A stretch of DNA of 64,000 nt. It comes from an uncultured Candidatus Binatia bacterium. GTDB lineage: Bacteria > Desulfobacterota > Binatia > UBA9968 > JAJDTQ01. Numbering within the stretch: position 1 is the first letter of the stretch; each line of letters starts with the position of its first letter. This document shows, piece by piece, positions 9,989 to 21,529 of this stretch. Location of the stretch: the NCBI GenBank assembly GCA_965215605.1, contig OZ244070.1, forward strand, positions 1,760,001 through 1,824,000. The letters run 5' to 3'. A model generated the notes under the pieces. It was not told the DNA's origin. It made no database searches and saw nothing but the letters and a program-made list of their open reading frames with translations. The position numbers and the translations under genes were made by a program.

Positions 9989-11065
9989 CTACGCGGCGCC
10001 GGTCAACCGGTCACCGGACAGGGCGTGCACCATGCGGCCCACCGAGATGGCGCCCACGGTCTTGCCCTTTACGTCCACCACCGCGGCATTGTCGTGCGGC
10101 GACGCCACCACCCGAGGCAATGCATCCTCCAGCAGCATCTCCGAAGGAATGGAGCAATCCTTGCCGGCCGGCTCCAGCGCGCGGGGCTCCTGCCCGTGGG
10201 GCTGGGTGGGCTCCATGATGGAGCCTACGCGGATCACCCGGCCGCGGTTGATGTTCTTGGTGAAGTTGGAGATGTAGTCGTCGCTGGGCTTCAGGACGAT
10301 CTCCTGGGAGTCGCCGTTCTGGACCACCTCGCCGTCGCGAAGGATGGCGATGCGGTCCCCCAGGGTGATGGCCTCTTCGAGGTCGTGGGTGACGAACAGG
10401 ATGGTGCGGTTGAGCTCCTGCTGAAGCTCCAGCAACAGCGTCTGCATGTCCGTGCGGATCAACGGGTCGAGGGCGCTGAAGGCCTCGTCCATCAGCAGAA
10501 TCTCCGCCTCCGTGGCCAGCGCCCGGGCGAGGCCCACGCGCTGCTGCATGCCGCCGGAGAGATGGTGCGGATAGGACGCCTCGTAGCCCGAGAGTCCGAC
10601 CCGCTCGATCCACCGCTCGGCCCGGGTATCGCATTCCAACCGCGCCACCCCCTGCATCTGCAGACCGTACCGCACGTTCTCCAGGATGGTCCGGTGGGGG
10701 AACAGCGCGAAGCGCTGAAACACCATGCTGACCTTGTGCCGCCGCAGGTGCTGCAGCGCGGCCTGATCCAGGCCGAGCACGTCCTGGCCGTCCACCAGCA
10801 CGGTCCCCTCGGTGGGGTCGATGAGCCGGTTGACGTGCCGCACCAGTGTGGACTTGCCGCAGCCGCTGAGCCCCATCACTACCTGGATGCTGCCCGGCTT
10901 GACCGTCAGGTTGATGTCCCGCAGCCCCAGCACGTGGCCGTGGGACTCCAGGAGTTCCTGCTTGTCCACGCCCTCCCGCACAAGGGGCATCACCGACGGG
11001 GGATCGTCGCCGAAGATCTTGTAGAGGGAATGGATTTCAATATTCGAAGCGCTTACCGTGGTCAT
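9989..11065 (-). CDS. proV: Glycine betaine/proline ABC transporter ATP-binding subunit
   Basis: True start MTTVSASNIEIHSLYKIFG at 11065; GLSGCGKS, LSGGMQQRVGLARAL, DEAFSALDPLIR. Confidence 0.92.
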   Translation of the reverse strand: MTTVSASNIEIHSLYKIFGDDPPSVMPLVREGVDKQELLESHGHVLGLRDINLTVKPGSIQVVMGLSGCGKSTLVRHVNRLIDPTEGTVLVDGQDVLGLDQAALQHLRRHKVSMVFQRFALFPHRTILENVRYGLQMQGVARLECDTRAERWIERVGLSGYEASYPHHLSGGMQQRVGLARALATEAEILLMDEAFSALDPLIRTDMQTLLLELQQELNRTILFVTHDLEEAITLGDRIAILRDGEVVQNGDSQEIVLKPSDDYISNFTKNINRGRVIRVGSIMEPTQPHGQEPRALEPAGKDCSIPSEMLLEDALPRVVASPHDNAAVVDVKGKTVGAISVGRMVHALSGDRLTGAA

Positions 11066-11952
11066 GACGTCTGCCTGCTGCTTTGTATGCGCCTGCCGTA
11101 GCTCTGGGTGATGCGGTCGAACACGATGGCAAGCGCCACCACGGCCGCTCCGTTGAAGAGGCCGAGGGCGAAGTACTGGTTGGTCACCGCCTGGAGCACG
11201 GGTTGGCCCAGGCCCTTGACGCCGATCATGGAGGCGATGACCACCATGGACAGCGCCATCATGATGGTCTGGTTGACGCCGGCCATGATGTTGGGAAGCG
11301 CCAGCGGCATCTGGATGTCGAACAGCCGGCGCCAGGTATCCGTGCCGAAGGCGTCCGCCGCCTCCAGCACCTCCTTGTCCACCAGCCGGATCCCCAGGTT
11401 GGTGAGCCGGATGACCGGCGGCACGGCATAGATCACAACCGCGATCAGCCCCGGGATCTTGCCGAGGCCGAACAGCATCACCACCGGGATCAGGTAGACG
11501 AAGATGGGCATGGTCTGCATGATGTCCAGCACCGGAGTGATCAGCGCCTGAACCCGGTCGGAGCGGGACATCCCGATGCCAACCGGAATGCCGATGGCGA
11601 TGGCGATCAGCGTGGACACGAAGATGATCGCCAGGGTCCGCATGGTGTCTTCCCACATGCCCAGATAGCCGATGAGAAAGAGCGACACGGCCACGAAGAT
11701 GGAGAGCCGCCGGCTGCGACCGGCCACGTAGCACACTCCGGCCACCGCTATGATCACGGCCCACCAGGGGGTGGAAAGAAGAAAGCGTTCGAACCACACC
11801 AGGAAGTACAGAAGCGGGTCGAAAAAGCCTTCGATGGCGTCGCCGTAACTCCTGGAAAACGACCGGTACCCGGAGTCGAAAGCCTTCTTGAGGGTGCGTA
11901 GCGAGGCTTCGTCGAGGGTCGGAAATTCCCGCAGCCAACCGGTCATGAACAT
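11062..11952 (-). CDS. proW: Glycine betaine/proline ABC transporter permease
   Basis: LDIMQTMP.FVYLIP, GVNQTIMMALSMVVIASMIG. Confidence 0.92.
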   Translation of the reverse strand: MFMTGWLREFPTLDEASLRTLKKAFDSGYRSFSRSYGDAIEGFFDPLLYFLVWFERFLLSTPWWAVIIAVAGVCYVAGRSRRLSIFVAVSLFLIGYLGMWEDTMRTLAIIFVSTLIAIAIGIPVGIGMSRSDRVQALITPVLDIMQTMPIFVYLIPVVMLFGLGKIPGLIAVVIYAVPPVIRLTNLGIRLVDKEVLEAADAFGTDTWRRLFDIQMPLALPNIMAGVNQTIMMALSMVVIASMIGVKGLGQPVLQAVTNQYFALGLFNGAAVVALAIVFDRITQSYGRRIQSSRQTS

Positions 11953-11964
11953 CTCCTTTCCGGC

Positions 11965-14655
11965 CTACGCGTGGGCCTCCGCCCAGTTGTCCCCGGTGTG
12001 CACGTCCACCACCAGGCCGCAGCGCAGCGCGGCGGCGCCTTGCATGCACTCCGTGACGAGGCTCGTGGCCCGGTCCAGCGAGGACCGGGGGACCTCGAAG
12101 ACCAGCTCGTCGTGGACGGTGAGCAGCATCCGCGCCACCGGCTCTTCCAGGAGCGCGTGGTGCACCGCGATCATCGCCCGCTTCATGATGTCGGCCGCGG
12201 TGCCCTGGATCGGGGCGTTGAGGGCCATGCGTTCCCCGACTGCCCGCAGGCGGTAGTTGGCGGACTGGAGCTCCGGCAGATAGCGCCGGCGGCCGAACAG
12301 CGTGGTGGTGAAACCGTCCACCCGGGCCTTCTCCACCTGCGAATCGAGAAACGCCTTCACCGCCGGGAACTGCGCGTAGTAGGCATCGATGAACTCACGG
12401 GCCTCGCCCACCTCGATGCCGAGCCGCTGGGAGACCCCGAACGCGGACATGCCGTAAGCGATGCCGTAGGAGAACTGCTTGACGCGCCCGCGCATCTCCG
12501 AGGTCACGTCCGGCAGGTCCACCCCGAACACCTTGGCGGCGGTGGCGGCGTGGAAGTCGTGGCCTTGGGCGAACGCGGCCAGGAAGCTCTGGTCCTCGGA
12601 CAGGTGCGCCAGCACCCGCAGCTCGATCTGGGAATAGTCGGCGGAAAGCAACACGTTGCCCGGAGGCGCCACGAAGGCGCGCCGGATCTGCCGGCCGAGG
12701 TCGGCCCGGATCGGGATGTTCTGGAGATTCGGGGCGGAGGACGACAGCCGCCCGGTGGCGGCCGCGGCCTGCTCGTAGGTGGTGTGGATCCGCCCCGTAT
12801 CCGCGTTCACGAGGCTCAGCAGGGAGTCGGTGAACCCGGTCCTCAGCTTGGCCACCTCGCGGTACTCCAGCAGCGCGTCGATGATGGGATGGCGGCCGGC
12901 CAGCTTGCCCAGCTCGGCGGCGTCGGTGGAGTAGCCGGTCTTGATCTTCTTGGTCTTGGGAAGCTCGAGCTTCTCGAACAGGATGCGCGACAACTGCGGG
13001 TGGGAGTTCACGTTGAAGGCCTCCCCGGCATGCTCCTGGACCTTGGCCTGGAGCGCGTCCATGCGCTCCCCCAGTTCCTGGTTGAGCCTGCCGAGATAGC
13101 CGTCGTCCACCAGGATGCCGGCATGCTCCATGCCGGCCAGCACCTCGGTCAGCGGGAACTCCAGCGTTTGCGCCAGCTCCCAACTGCCGGCCTCCTTGAG
13201 GCGCGCCTCCAGCACCGGCGCCAAGGCCTGCACCGCCGCCGCCTCGGCCGCCAGCCCGCGCCGGCGGGCGGCCTCCGGCCGGTCCTCGTCGCCGGGGTTC
13301 AGGAGGTCGCCTTGAGGGCTGCCGTCCGCCCCCTCCGCCGCTTCGCCGTCCAGCTCCGCGTCCAGGTGCCGGCGCACGATGTCCTTGAGCGCGTAGCCGC
13401 CGCTGGCTCCCGGGTCCAACAGGTAGGCCGCGATCTTGAGGTCGCAACGCACGCCCCGCAACCGCGACCCGCGCCGGATCATGGCGCCGCACAGCGGCTT
13501 GGCCTCGTAAACCGCCTTGACGGCGCCCTCGGCCGCCAGCACCTCGCCCGGCCGCGCGGCCAGCTCGAACGGCAGCACGCCCACTTCCCCGGGCCGCGCG
13601 CAGAAGGCCGCCATGCCGTCGTCCCAGGCCACCGCCACGCACTCGGCCGCGGGGATGTCCGCGCCCGAGTTCCAGCGCGAGATGGACGACGGCCGGATGA
13701 CCGCCTCCGCCGCCGGTGCCGCGTCCGGGGCCAGCGCCAGGAGGCGCTGGTACAGCGTCCTGAACTCGAACGAAGTGAACAGCTTCCGCACGGTCTCTGG
13801 ATCCCAGGGCTGGCGCACGAACAGCCCGTCGCCGGCCTCCAGCGGCACGTCGTCCAGGAGCCGCCCCAGGGTGCGGTTGAGCTTCACCTGATCGCCGCAC
13901 TCCTCGATGCCCTTGCGGATCTTGGGGGTGAGCTCGGCGGCGTGCTCGATGATGCCCTCGATGTCGCCGTACTCCTTGAGGAGCCTGGCCGCCGTCTTGT
14001 CGCCCACGCCGGGCACGCCGGGAAGGTTGTCGGCCTGCTCGCCCTTGAGGGCGGCGAAGTCGGTCCAACGGTCGGGGCCGACGCCGTAGCGCTCCATCAC
14101 CATGGCCGGGTCGTAGCGGATCATGTCGGTGACGCCCTTGCGGGTCATCAGCACGGTGACGTCGTCGTTCACCAGTTGGAGGCAGTCGCGGTCGCCGCTG
14201 ACGATCACCATGTGGTGACCCGCCTCCCGGCCGCGCCGGGCCAGCGTGGCCAGCAGATCGTCGGCCTCGTAGCCTTCCAGCTCCACCACCGGGATGCGCA
14301 GCGTCTCCAGCAACTCGCGGATGAGAGGAAACTGCTGCCGGAGGGTCTCGGGGGTCTCGCTACGGCCCGCCTTGTACTCCGGATACTGGTCCAGGCGGAA
14401 CTGCGGCGCGCCCTTGTCCATGCACGCGATGACCGCGTCCGGACGCTCCTCGCCTTCCAGCTTGATGAGCATCGAGGTGAACCCGAACACCGCGTTGGTC
14501 ACCTGGCCGGCGCTCGTGGTCAGAGTCTCCGGCAGGGCGAAGAAGGCACGGAACGCGAGGGAGTACCCGTCCAGCAGCACGACCCGGCTCTTCCCGCGGC
14601 CGGCGTCGGACGCGCGGGGTTCCGGCCCTCCAGATCTGTCACCATTCGCCGCCAT
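11965..14655 (-). CDS. polA: DNA polymerase I
   Basis: 5'-3' exonuclease LLDGYSLAFRAFFALP and EADD; polymerase motifs ADYSQIELR, R..K..SYG.AYG, HDELVFE. Confidence 0.97.
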   Translation of the reverse strand: MAANGDRSGGPEPRASDAGRGKSRVVLLDGYSLAFRAFFALPETLTTSAGQVTNAVFGFTSMLIKLEGEERPDAVIACMDKGAPQFRLDQYPEYKAGRSETPETLRQQFPLIRELLETLRIPVVELEGYEADDLLATLARRGREAGHHMVIVSGDRDCLQLVNDDVTVLMTRKGVTDMIRYDPAMVMERYGVGPDRWTDFAALKGEQADNLPGVPGVGDKTAARLLKEYGDIEGIIEHAAELTPKIRKGIEECGDQVKLNRTLGRLLDDVPLEAGDGLFVRQPWDPETVRKLFTSFEFRTLYQRLLALAPDAAPAAEAVIRPSSISRWNSGADIPAAECVAVAWDDGMAAFCARPGEVGVLPFELAARPGEVLAAEGAVKAVYEAKPLCGAMIRRGSRLRGVRCDLKIAAYLLDPGASGGYALKDIVRRHLDAELDGEAAEGADGSPQGDLLNPGDEDRPEAARRRGLAAEAAAVQALAPVLEARLKEAGSWELAQTLEFPLTEVLAGMEHAGILVDDGYLGRLNQELGERMDALQAKVQEHAGEAFNVNSHPQLSRILFEKLELPKTKKIKTGYSTDAAELGKLAGRHPIIDALLEYREVAKLRTGFTDSLLSLVNADTGRIHTTYEQAAAATGRLSSSAPNLQNIPIRADLGRQIRRAFVAPPGNVLLSADYSQIELRVLAHLSEDQSFLAAFAQGHDFHAATAAKVFGVDLPDVTSEMRGRVKQFSYGIAYGMSAFGVSQRLGIEVGEAREFIDAYYAQFPAVKAFLDSQVEKARVDGFTTTLFGRRRYLPELQSANYRLRAVGERMALNAPIQGTAADIMKRAMIAVHHALLEEPVARMLLTVHDELVFEVPRSSLDRATSLVTECMQGAAALRCGLVVDVHTGDNWAEAHA

Positions 14656-14754
14656 CGGACAAGTCTACTCTGGCCCCCGGAGCAGGGTCAACAGACGACC
14701 CCTCCCGTCGCAGGCCGGAAGTCCGCGCGCTCCGTCACCCCGTCACCGCCGGAG

Positions 14755-14814
14755 CCGGCGGCGGCCAACCAGGCGATCTGTGTGCTCTCGAAGATGTTCG
14801 TGCTGGCCGAAGGT
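14755..14814 (+). pseudogene. Possible tyrosine recombinase fragment
   Basis: Translates PAAANQAICVLSKMFVLAEG, which resembles the ANR..AVLSKMF.LAE.WG helix of phage-type integrases; very short. Confidence 0.35.
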
Positions 14815-14856
14815 CCTGGCTTTTTCAATCAGCCTTTCAGTTCCAGCTGTGACACT

Positions 14857-15010
14857 TCATGCCACCGTCCCGAGACCGTTCTTCGCCACCAGCGTAAGGA
14901 GCTTCAGCGAAGCGCCGCGCGGACGCTTCTGACCGCGCTCCCACTGGCTTACCAAGCCTGTTGTCACGTTGAGGTGACGCGCAAACACCGCGTGGCTCGC
15001 ATTCTCGCTC
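14857..15010 (-). pseudogene. C-terminal half of XRE/HigA-YiaG-type HTH regulator
   Basis: S.AVFARHLNVTTGLVSQWERGQKRPRGASLKLL; the normal N-terminus is missing. Confidence 0.6.
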
Positions 15011-15061
15011 AGCTCCACGGCCAAACGGAACGGATACCGGTTCGGGGTCAGAAAATGATTT

Positions 15062-16786
<1,725 letters not shown>

Positions 16787-16874
16787 ATTCATCTCCCGCC
16801 GCCTGGCGGCGCGCCGGTTGAGTTTAGGCGTTTTCCGCGTTACGGGGAAGGTTGACCGACCCGTTTGCCCCGTC

Positions 16875-17618
16875 ATGATGGTTTCCAAATACCCTTCCGC
16901 CCGGCGCGCGGTGGTGATCCGGCACGTCGCCTTCGAGGATCTGGGCTCGTTCGCGGAACCCCTCGCGCGGCACGGGTACCGGGTGCACTACGTCGAGGCC
17001 GGCGTGGACGACCTCGACGGCCCCGAGGTCCGCGGCGCCGATCTGCTCATCGTCCTCGGCGGCCCCATCGGCGCCGGCGACGAACGGCAATATCCCTTCC
17101 TGGCCGACGAGCTCCGCCTGCTGGAACGGCGCCTGGGAGACGACCGGCCGACCCTGGGCATCTGTCTGGGAAGCCAGCTCATGGCCCGGGCCCTGGGCGA
17201 GCGCGTGTTCGCCGCCGGCCGCAAGGAAATCGGCTGGGCTCCCCTGTCCCTCACCGACGCGGGGCGCGCCTCGGCCCTGCAGCGCCTGGCGCCGGAGAAG
17301 ACCGCCGTGCTCCACTGGCATGGCGACACCTTCGACCTGCCGCGGGGCGCCGTCCACCTGGCCGCCACCCCGGCGTGCGAGAACCAGGCTTTTCTCTGCG
17401 GCGCCCGCGGGCTGGCGCTCCAGTTTCATCCGGAGGCCACCCCGGCCGGGCTCGAACGCTGGTTCATCGGCCACACGCTGGAGATCGAGACCACACCCGG
17501 GATCTCGGTGGAGCAACTCCGCGAATCCACGCGCCGCTTCGGGCCCGCCCTGCTGACGCAGGGCCCGGCTTTCCTGATCGAATGGCTCGCACAGGCCTGC
17601 GGCGCCGCGCGGGACTGA
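16875..17618 (+). CDS. Class I glutamine amidotransferase (GMP synthase-like, stand-alone)
   Basis: LGGP, GICLGSQL, WHGDTF, QFHPE triad. Confidence 0.9.
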   Translation: MMVSKYPSARRAVVIRHVAFEDLGSFAEPLARHGYRVHYVEAGVDDLDGPEVRGADLLIVLGGPIGAGDERQYPFLADELRLLERRLGDDRPTLGICLGSQLMARALGERVFAAGRKEIGWAPLSLTDAGRASALQRLAPEKTAVLHWHGDTFDLPRGAVHLAATPACENQAFLCGARGLALQFHPEATPAGLERWFIGHTLEIETTPGISVEQLRESTRRFGPALLTQGPAFLIEWLAQACGAARD

Positions 17619-17629
17619 CAGCGCCGCCT

Positions 17630-18547
17630 CTACTGCCGGATCTCCTCTAGTTCCTGCCGGGTATCGATGTCCTTGGCAAAAGAACGGATGGGCGTAACCA
17701 CCATGGCGACGGGATGAGCCGTCCGCGGGGTGGTCCCCGGCACCATGACCTGGCGTGCCAGCTCGGCGGCAAGCTCGGGAACGGTGAGGCTTCCCCGGCA
17801 GTACCTGAAATAGGTCCGGAAGATGCCGTACGGCGCGGCCACGACGCGCCCCGGCCACCGCAACGAAGCCGCCTTCCGGATGTCGTCCGCCAGCCACAGG
17901 CCCAGGACCCGGAGCGTGATGCGCACCGTGCGTTCGTAGACGCTGCGGTTGCGGAAGCGATAGGCCAGCATCAGGAACCGGTTGAACCAATCGAGGCGAA
18001 CGGCCCCGGACCGCAGGACCAGGAGATGACCCGGATAGAGGTTCAGCGACGGCTCGTCGGGCGCAGGCCGCATGCGATAGCTGGGCTTCCAGCTACTGGC
18101 GCCCATCTCCGCCGGCTCGGCCGCGATGAGCTGCCACCAAAGACCGCTGTCGGCGTAGGGTTGGTACGACCCGTCAAGCAGCTCCCGGAACTCCGCTCCG
18201 GTGGGAAGGATGTCGCAGGCGGAAACCGCCACCGGCCGGTCCGCGTAGCGCCGGGTCATGAGCCCGGTGAAAGCGGTGATGGTGGAGAGGAGGTCGCCGC
18301 TGGTGTCCAAGATCTCGCAGTCCACCAGGTCGCCGTAGACCCGTCGCGGCCCCACCAGCACCGGGGTCTCGAACCGGCCGCTTTCACGGACCCGCTGGAC
18401 CAGTTCGGCCGCGATGCACCGTCCGGACGGCAACCGCACCGCGCCCTTGAAACCGCGCAGCATCTCGTCGGCGGTGAACCCGTCGGGTATCGTTTCCAGT
18501 CGATCGTTGCCACCCGCCAGAATAATTATCGGCAACAAGTCGCTCAT
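17630..18547 (-). CDS. Hypothetical protein with nucleotidyltransferase-like (GT-A/MobA) motifs
   Basis: IIILAGG..K, ACDIL, C-terminal DIDT..EL. Confidence 0.55.
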   Translation of the reverse strand: MSDLLPIIILAGGNDRLETIPDGFTADEMLRGFKGAVRLPSGRCIAAELVQRVRESGRFETPVLVGPRRVYGDLVDCEILDTSGDLLSTITAFTGLMTRRYADRPVAVSACDILPTGAEFRELLDGSYQPYADSGLWWQLIAAEPAEMGASSWKPSYRMRPAPDEPSLNLYPGHLLVLRSGAVRLDWFNRFLMLAYRFRNRSVYERTVRITLRVLGLWLADDIRKAASLRWPGRVVAAPYGIFRTYFRYCRGSLTVPELAAELARQVMVPGTTPRTAHPVAMVVTPIRSFAKDIDTRQELEEIRQ

Positions 18548-18627
18548 CCCCGTCCTGCTCCCACTGCTTCCGTTGGGTGGCAGCCCCGCTCTGACAGCAT
18601 GCCGGCCCCGGGGACCGGTGCTCCGTG

Positions 18628-18685
18628 AAGTGTATACCAGGGTGGTGTCTCACGTATGGGCGAGACACCACCCTAGTATGCACTT
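18628..18685. repeat. Intergenic hairpin, variant of the YTAG element
   Basis: ccagggtggtgtctc-N10-gagacaccaccctag, extended by aagtgtatac/gtatgcactt. Confidence 0.65.
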
Positions 18686-18827
18686 GTCTGGCGTCGCTCT
18701 CAACCTTCTTCCGCTGTTCTCGGCGGGGCGGTCGCTTTGAAAAACGTCTCCGAACTGTTACTCAAAAGGATATAGCCGCGTGACGCCGGAACCCAAGGCG
18801 ACGCGGGGTAGACCGAATGCCCGGAAC

Positions 18828-19019
18828 ATGATGACGACCTCCGTCAAGTGCCCTGTTTGCCAGACCGAAACCTCGTGGACCGGAAACCCTTACCGGCCCT
18901 TCTGTTCCCGACGCTGCCACATCGTCGACCTCGGCGCCTGGGTAGACGGCACGTACCGCATTGCCGGGGAAGATGTGGAACCGGAGTCCGTGCCGGCCGA
19001 CGAAACCGACCGTCAATGA
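18828..19019 (+). CDS. yacG: DNA gyrase inhibitor YacG
   Basis: CPVC..RPFCSRRC..VDLGAW..G.YRI. Confidence 0.92.
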   Translation: MMTTSVKCPVCQTETSWTGNPYRPFCSRRCHIVDLGAWVDGTYRIAGEDVEPESVPADETDRQ

Positions 19020-19115
19020 AACAGGAGTCCTTACGCGACAGGGCCGTGTGGTGGGCCACGCCGCTCGAGCCGAGGCCCGCGCGACGCTAGCGGCCCGTAC
19101 TTCGGGAAATCCTGC

Positions 19116-19916
19116 ATGTCGATACATCCCACAGCCGTGGTGGACCCGCGGGCGGAAATCCACGCCGAGGCCGTGATCGGTCCCTACGCCGTGATCGACG
19201 GGCCCGGCAAGATCGGGGCGGGGACCCGTGTCATGCCCCACGCGGTGTTGCTGGGCTGGACGGAGATCGGCGAAGGAAACCGGATCCATAGCGGAGCGGT
19301 GCTAGGCGACGCGCCGCAGGACGTCTCCTACCGCGGCGCACGTTCGTATCTGCGGATCGGCGACCGCAACGTCTTCCGGGAAGGCGTCCAGGTGCACCGG
19401 GGCACCACCGAGGATTCCGCCACCGTCATCGGCAACGACAACTTCCTGATGGCCAACTCCCACGTGGCGCACAACTGCCGCATCGGTGATCGCATGATCC
19501 TCACCAACAATGCGGTATTGGGGGGCTACGTCGAGGTCGGCGACCGCGTGGTCCTCTCGGCAAGCTGTGCGGTACACCAGTTCGTCCGTCTGGGGCGGTT
19601 GGCCATCATGCGGGGACTGAGCGCCACCAGCCGGGACGTGCCGCCGTTTTCCATCATCGACTGGCAGCACACGGTGCGCGGGTTGAACGTGGTCGGCCTG
19701 CGGCGGGCCGGCTTCGACGAACCCAGGATCCGGGTCCTGAAAAACGCCTTCCAGATTCTCTTCCGGAAGCGGCGGAACCTCACCGCGGCGGTGAAGGAGC
19801 TCGAGGCGGCCGCCGGGGAGTCGTCGGAAGACGTGCGGGAGTTGCTGGACTTCATCCGTTCATCGAAGCGCGGCGTTTGCGCCGGGCCCAAAAGCCATCC
19901 TCGGGGAAGAACCTAG
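19116..19916 (+). CDS. lpxA: Acyl-ACP--UDP-N-acetylglucosamine O-acyltransferase
   Basis: IHPTAVVD hexapeptide repeats, PQD, HRGT, HVAHNC, VHQF, GLNVVGLRR. Confidence 0.93.
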   Translation: MSIHPTAVVDPRAEIHAEAVIGPYAVIDGPGKIGAGTRVMPHAVLLGWTEIGEGNRIHSGAVLGDAPQDVSYRGARSYLRIGDRNVFREGVQVHRGTTEDSATVIGNDNFLMANSHVAHNCRIGDRMILTNNAVLGGYVEVGDRVVLSASCAVHQFVRLGRLAIMRGLSATSRDVPPFSIIDWQHTVRGLNVVGLRRAGFDEPRIRVLKNAFQILFRKRRNLTAAVKELEAAAGESSEDVRELLDFIRSSKRGVCAGPKSHPRGRT

Positions 19917-19957
19917 TCTCCTCCGCGCCTCTTCCCCTCCACTCGCGCCGGGCCGGG

Positions 19958-20689
19958 TCAGACCGGCCTCAGAAACCTGCCGAGACACCGCTGGATGTCG
20001 TCGTCGGAGAGCGGGAACAGGAACATCTCGTTCCTCATCCGGACGCGCTGCAGGCTGACGCGTTGGATCGCGCGCTTCATGGTCTTGAGGTCCCGCTTGC
20101 CGCGCACGGCCGCGGCCGCCTCCCGCGCCGCCTCGCGGTAGTGATTCTTTTCGTCCTGGTAGATGACCTCCATGGCCGCGGCGACCTTGCGCTCAAGGGG
20201 GCTGCCCTTGAGTTTGCGGCCCTCCCGGAACAACCGCGCGCCGCCGCCCTCCGTCACCAGCACTGCGGCTTTCTCCACCGCGGATCCCGACGCCACGTAG
20301 CTCCGCCGGAGATCGCCCAGCGCCTTTTCTTCTGGCAACTGGCTGGTGTCATCGGCGCCGATCTTGCGGCCGAGCAGGTATTCGAGGATGTCGGCCTGGA
20401 GCACATAGTGGTTGAACTCCTGCACCATCTGCTCCATCAGCCCGTGGTACTGGTGCCGATCGACGGTGCGGTCCACCTCCGGAAACATCTCGACCAGATT
20501 CGCCAGCTCCCGGTGAAGGCCGCTGAAGTAGCCGTCCACCGGATGCAACTCCTTCCATAGCTGGGCCTTGAGCCAGTAGACATGCTGCTCCCGAGCAGGC
20601 TTGCGGCGGAAGAACCGCCTGGCGATGGCCGCTTCGGTCTCCCAATAGGGAAAGGCGACGTCGATCAGGTATTGCTCTGTCTGTCTCAT
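19958..20689 (-). CDS. Ferritin-like (ExxH) domain hypothetical protein
   Basis: QEFNHY and DEKNHY motifs; helical; start MRQTEQ. Confidence 0.6.
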   Translation of the reverse strand: MRQTEQYLIDVAFPYWETEAAIARRFFRRKPAREQHVYWLKAQLWKELHPVDGYFSGLHRELANLVEMFPEVDRTVDRHQYHGLMEQMVQEFNHYVLQADILEYLLGRKIGADDTSQLPEEKALGDLRRSYVASGSAVEKAAVLVTEGGGARLFREGRKLKGSPLERKVAAAMEVIYQDEKNHYREAAREAAAAVRGKRDLKTMKRAIQRVSLQRVRMRNEMFLFPLSDDDIQRCLGRFLRPV

Positions 20690-20794
20690 TTCTCGAAAAC
20701 CTCCAACGGGACTCTTCACCGGGGGCGCGCCGCCCGCGGCCGCGGAATGGAGGGTTGTTCCCCCAACGCCCCATGTCATACTATGGGCTTCATC

Positions 20795-21529
20795 ATGTCC
20801 AAGACCGCCGGCATCATCATCATCGGCAACGAGGTCCTGTCCGGAAAGACCCAGGACATCAACTCGACTTTCCTATGCCGCGAACTGCGGCTGCTGGGCG
20901 TCGACGTGCAGCGGGTGACGGTGATCCCGGATGAGCGGGAACTGATCGGGCGCACCGCCGCCCGGTTCTCGGCCAAGTGGGACTTCGTCTTCACCACTGG
21001 CGGCGTCGGCCCGACTCACGACGACGTCACCATCGAAGGCATTGCCCACGGTTTCGGGGTACCCGCGGTGATCCATCCGCGGCTGGAAAGGCGCCTCTCC
21101 GAGCGCTACGGCGACGACCTCAACGAGGCGCGGCTGCGCATGGCCATGGTGCCGGAAGGCGCCGAGCTCCTGGCCGGCGGAGCGATGTTCGCGCCGGTGG
21201 TGCGGGTGAACAACGTCTACATCTTCGCCGGCGTGCCACGCATCCTGCAGGATCGCTTCAACGTCATCAAGGAGCGGTTCCGTGGGGCACCGTACCATCT
21301 CAGGAACATCTACATCCGGGACGGAGAGGGCGTCATTGCGGCGACGCTGAACGCGCTGCTGGAGCGCTTCCCGGATATTCTGCTGGGCTCCTATCCGGTC
21401 ATCGACAATCCGGAATACCGGGTGAAGGTAACCGTCGAGTCCAAGAGCGGCCACTATCTGAACGAAGCCGTGAACCGTCTCCTGCAAGACCTGCCGGCGG
21501 AAGCCGTCGTCCGGATCGAGGACGGCTAA
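20795..21529 (+). CDS. CinA-like molybdopterin-binding domain protein
   Basis: IIIGNEVLSG...D.NS, TTGGVGPTHDDVT, GVP. Confidence 0.88.
   Translation: MSKTAGIIIIGNEVLSGKTQDINSTFLCRELRLLGVDVQRVTVIPDERELIGRTAARFSAKWDFVFTTGGVGPTHDDVTIEGIAHGFGVPAVIHPRLERRLSERYGDDLNEARLRMAMVPEGAELLAGGAMFAPVVRVNNVYIFAGVPRILQDRFNVIKERFRGAPYHLRNIYIRDGEGVIAATLNALLERFPDILLGSYPVIDNPEYRVKVTVESKSGHYLNEAVNRLLQDLPAEAVVRIEDG

Noticed and set aside
9989-12049. 686-aa ProV with a long N-terminal extension
   Set aside because: The extension overlaps proW in another frame; the real start at 11065 overlaps the proW stop
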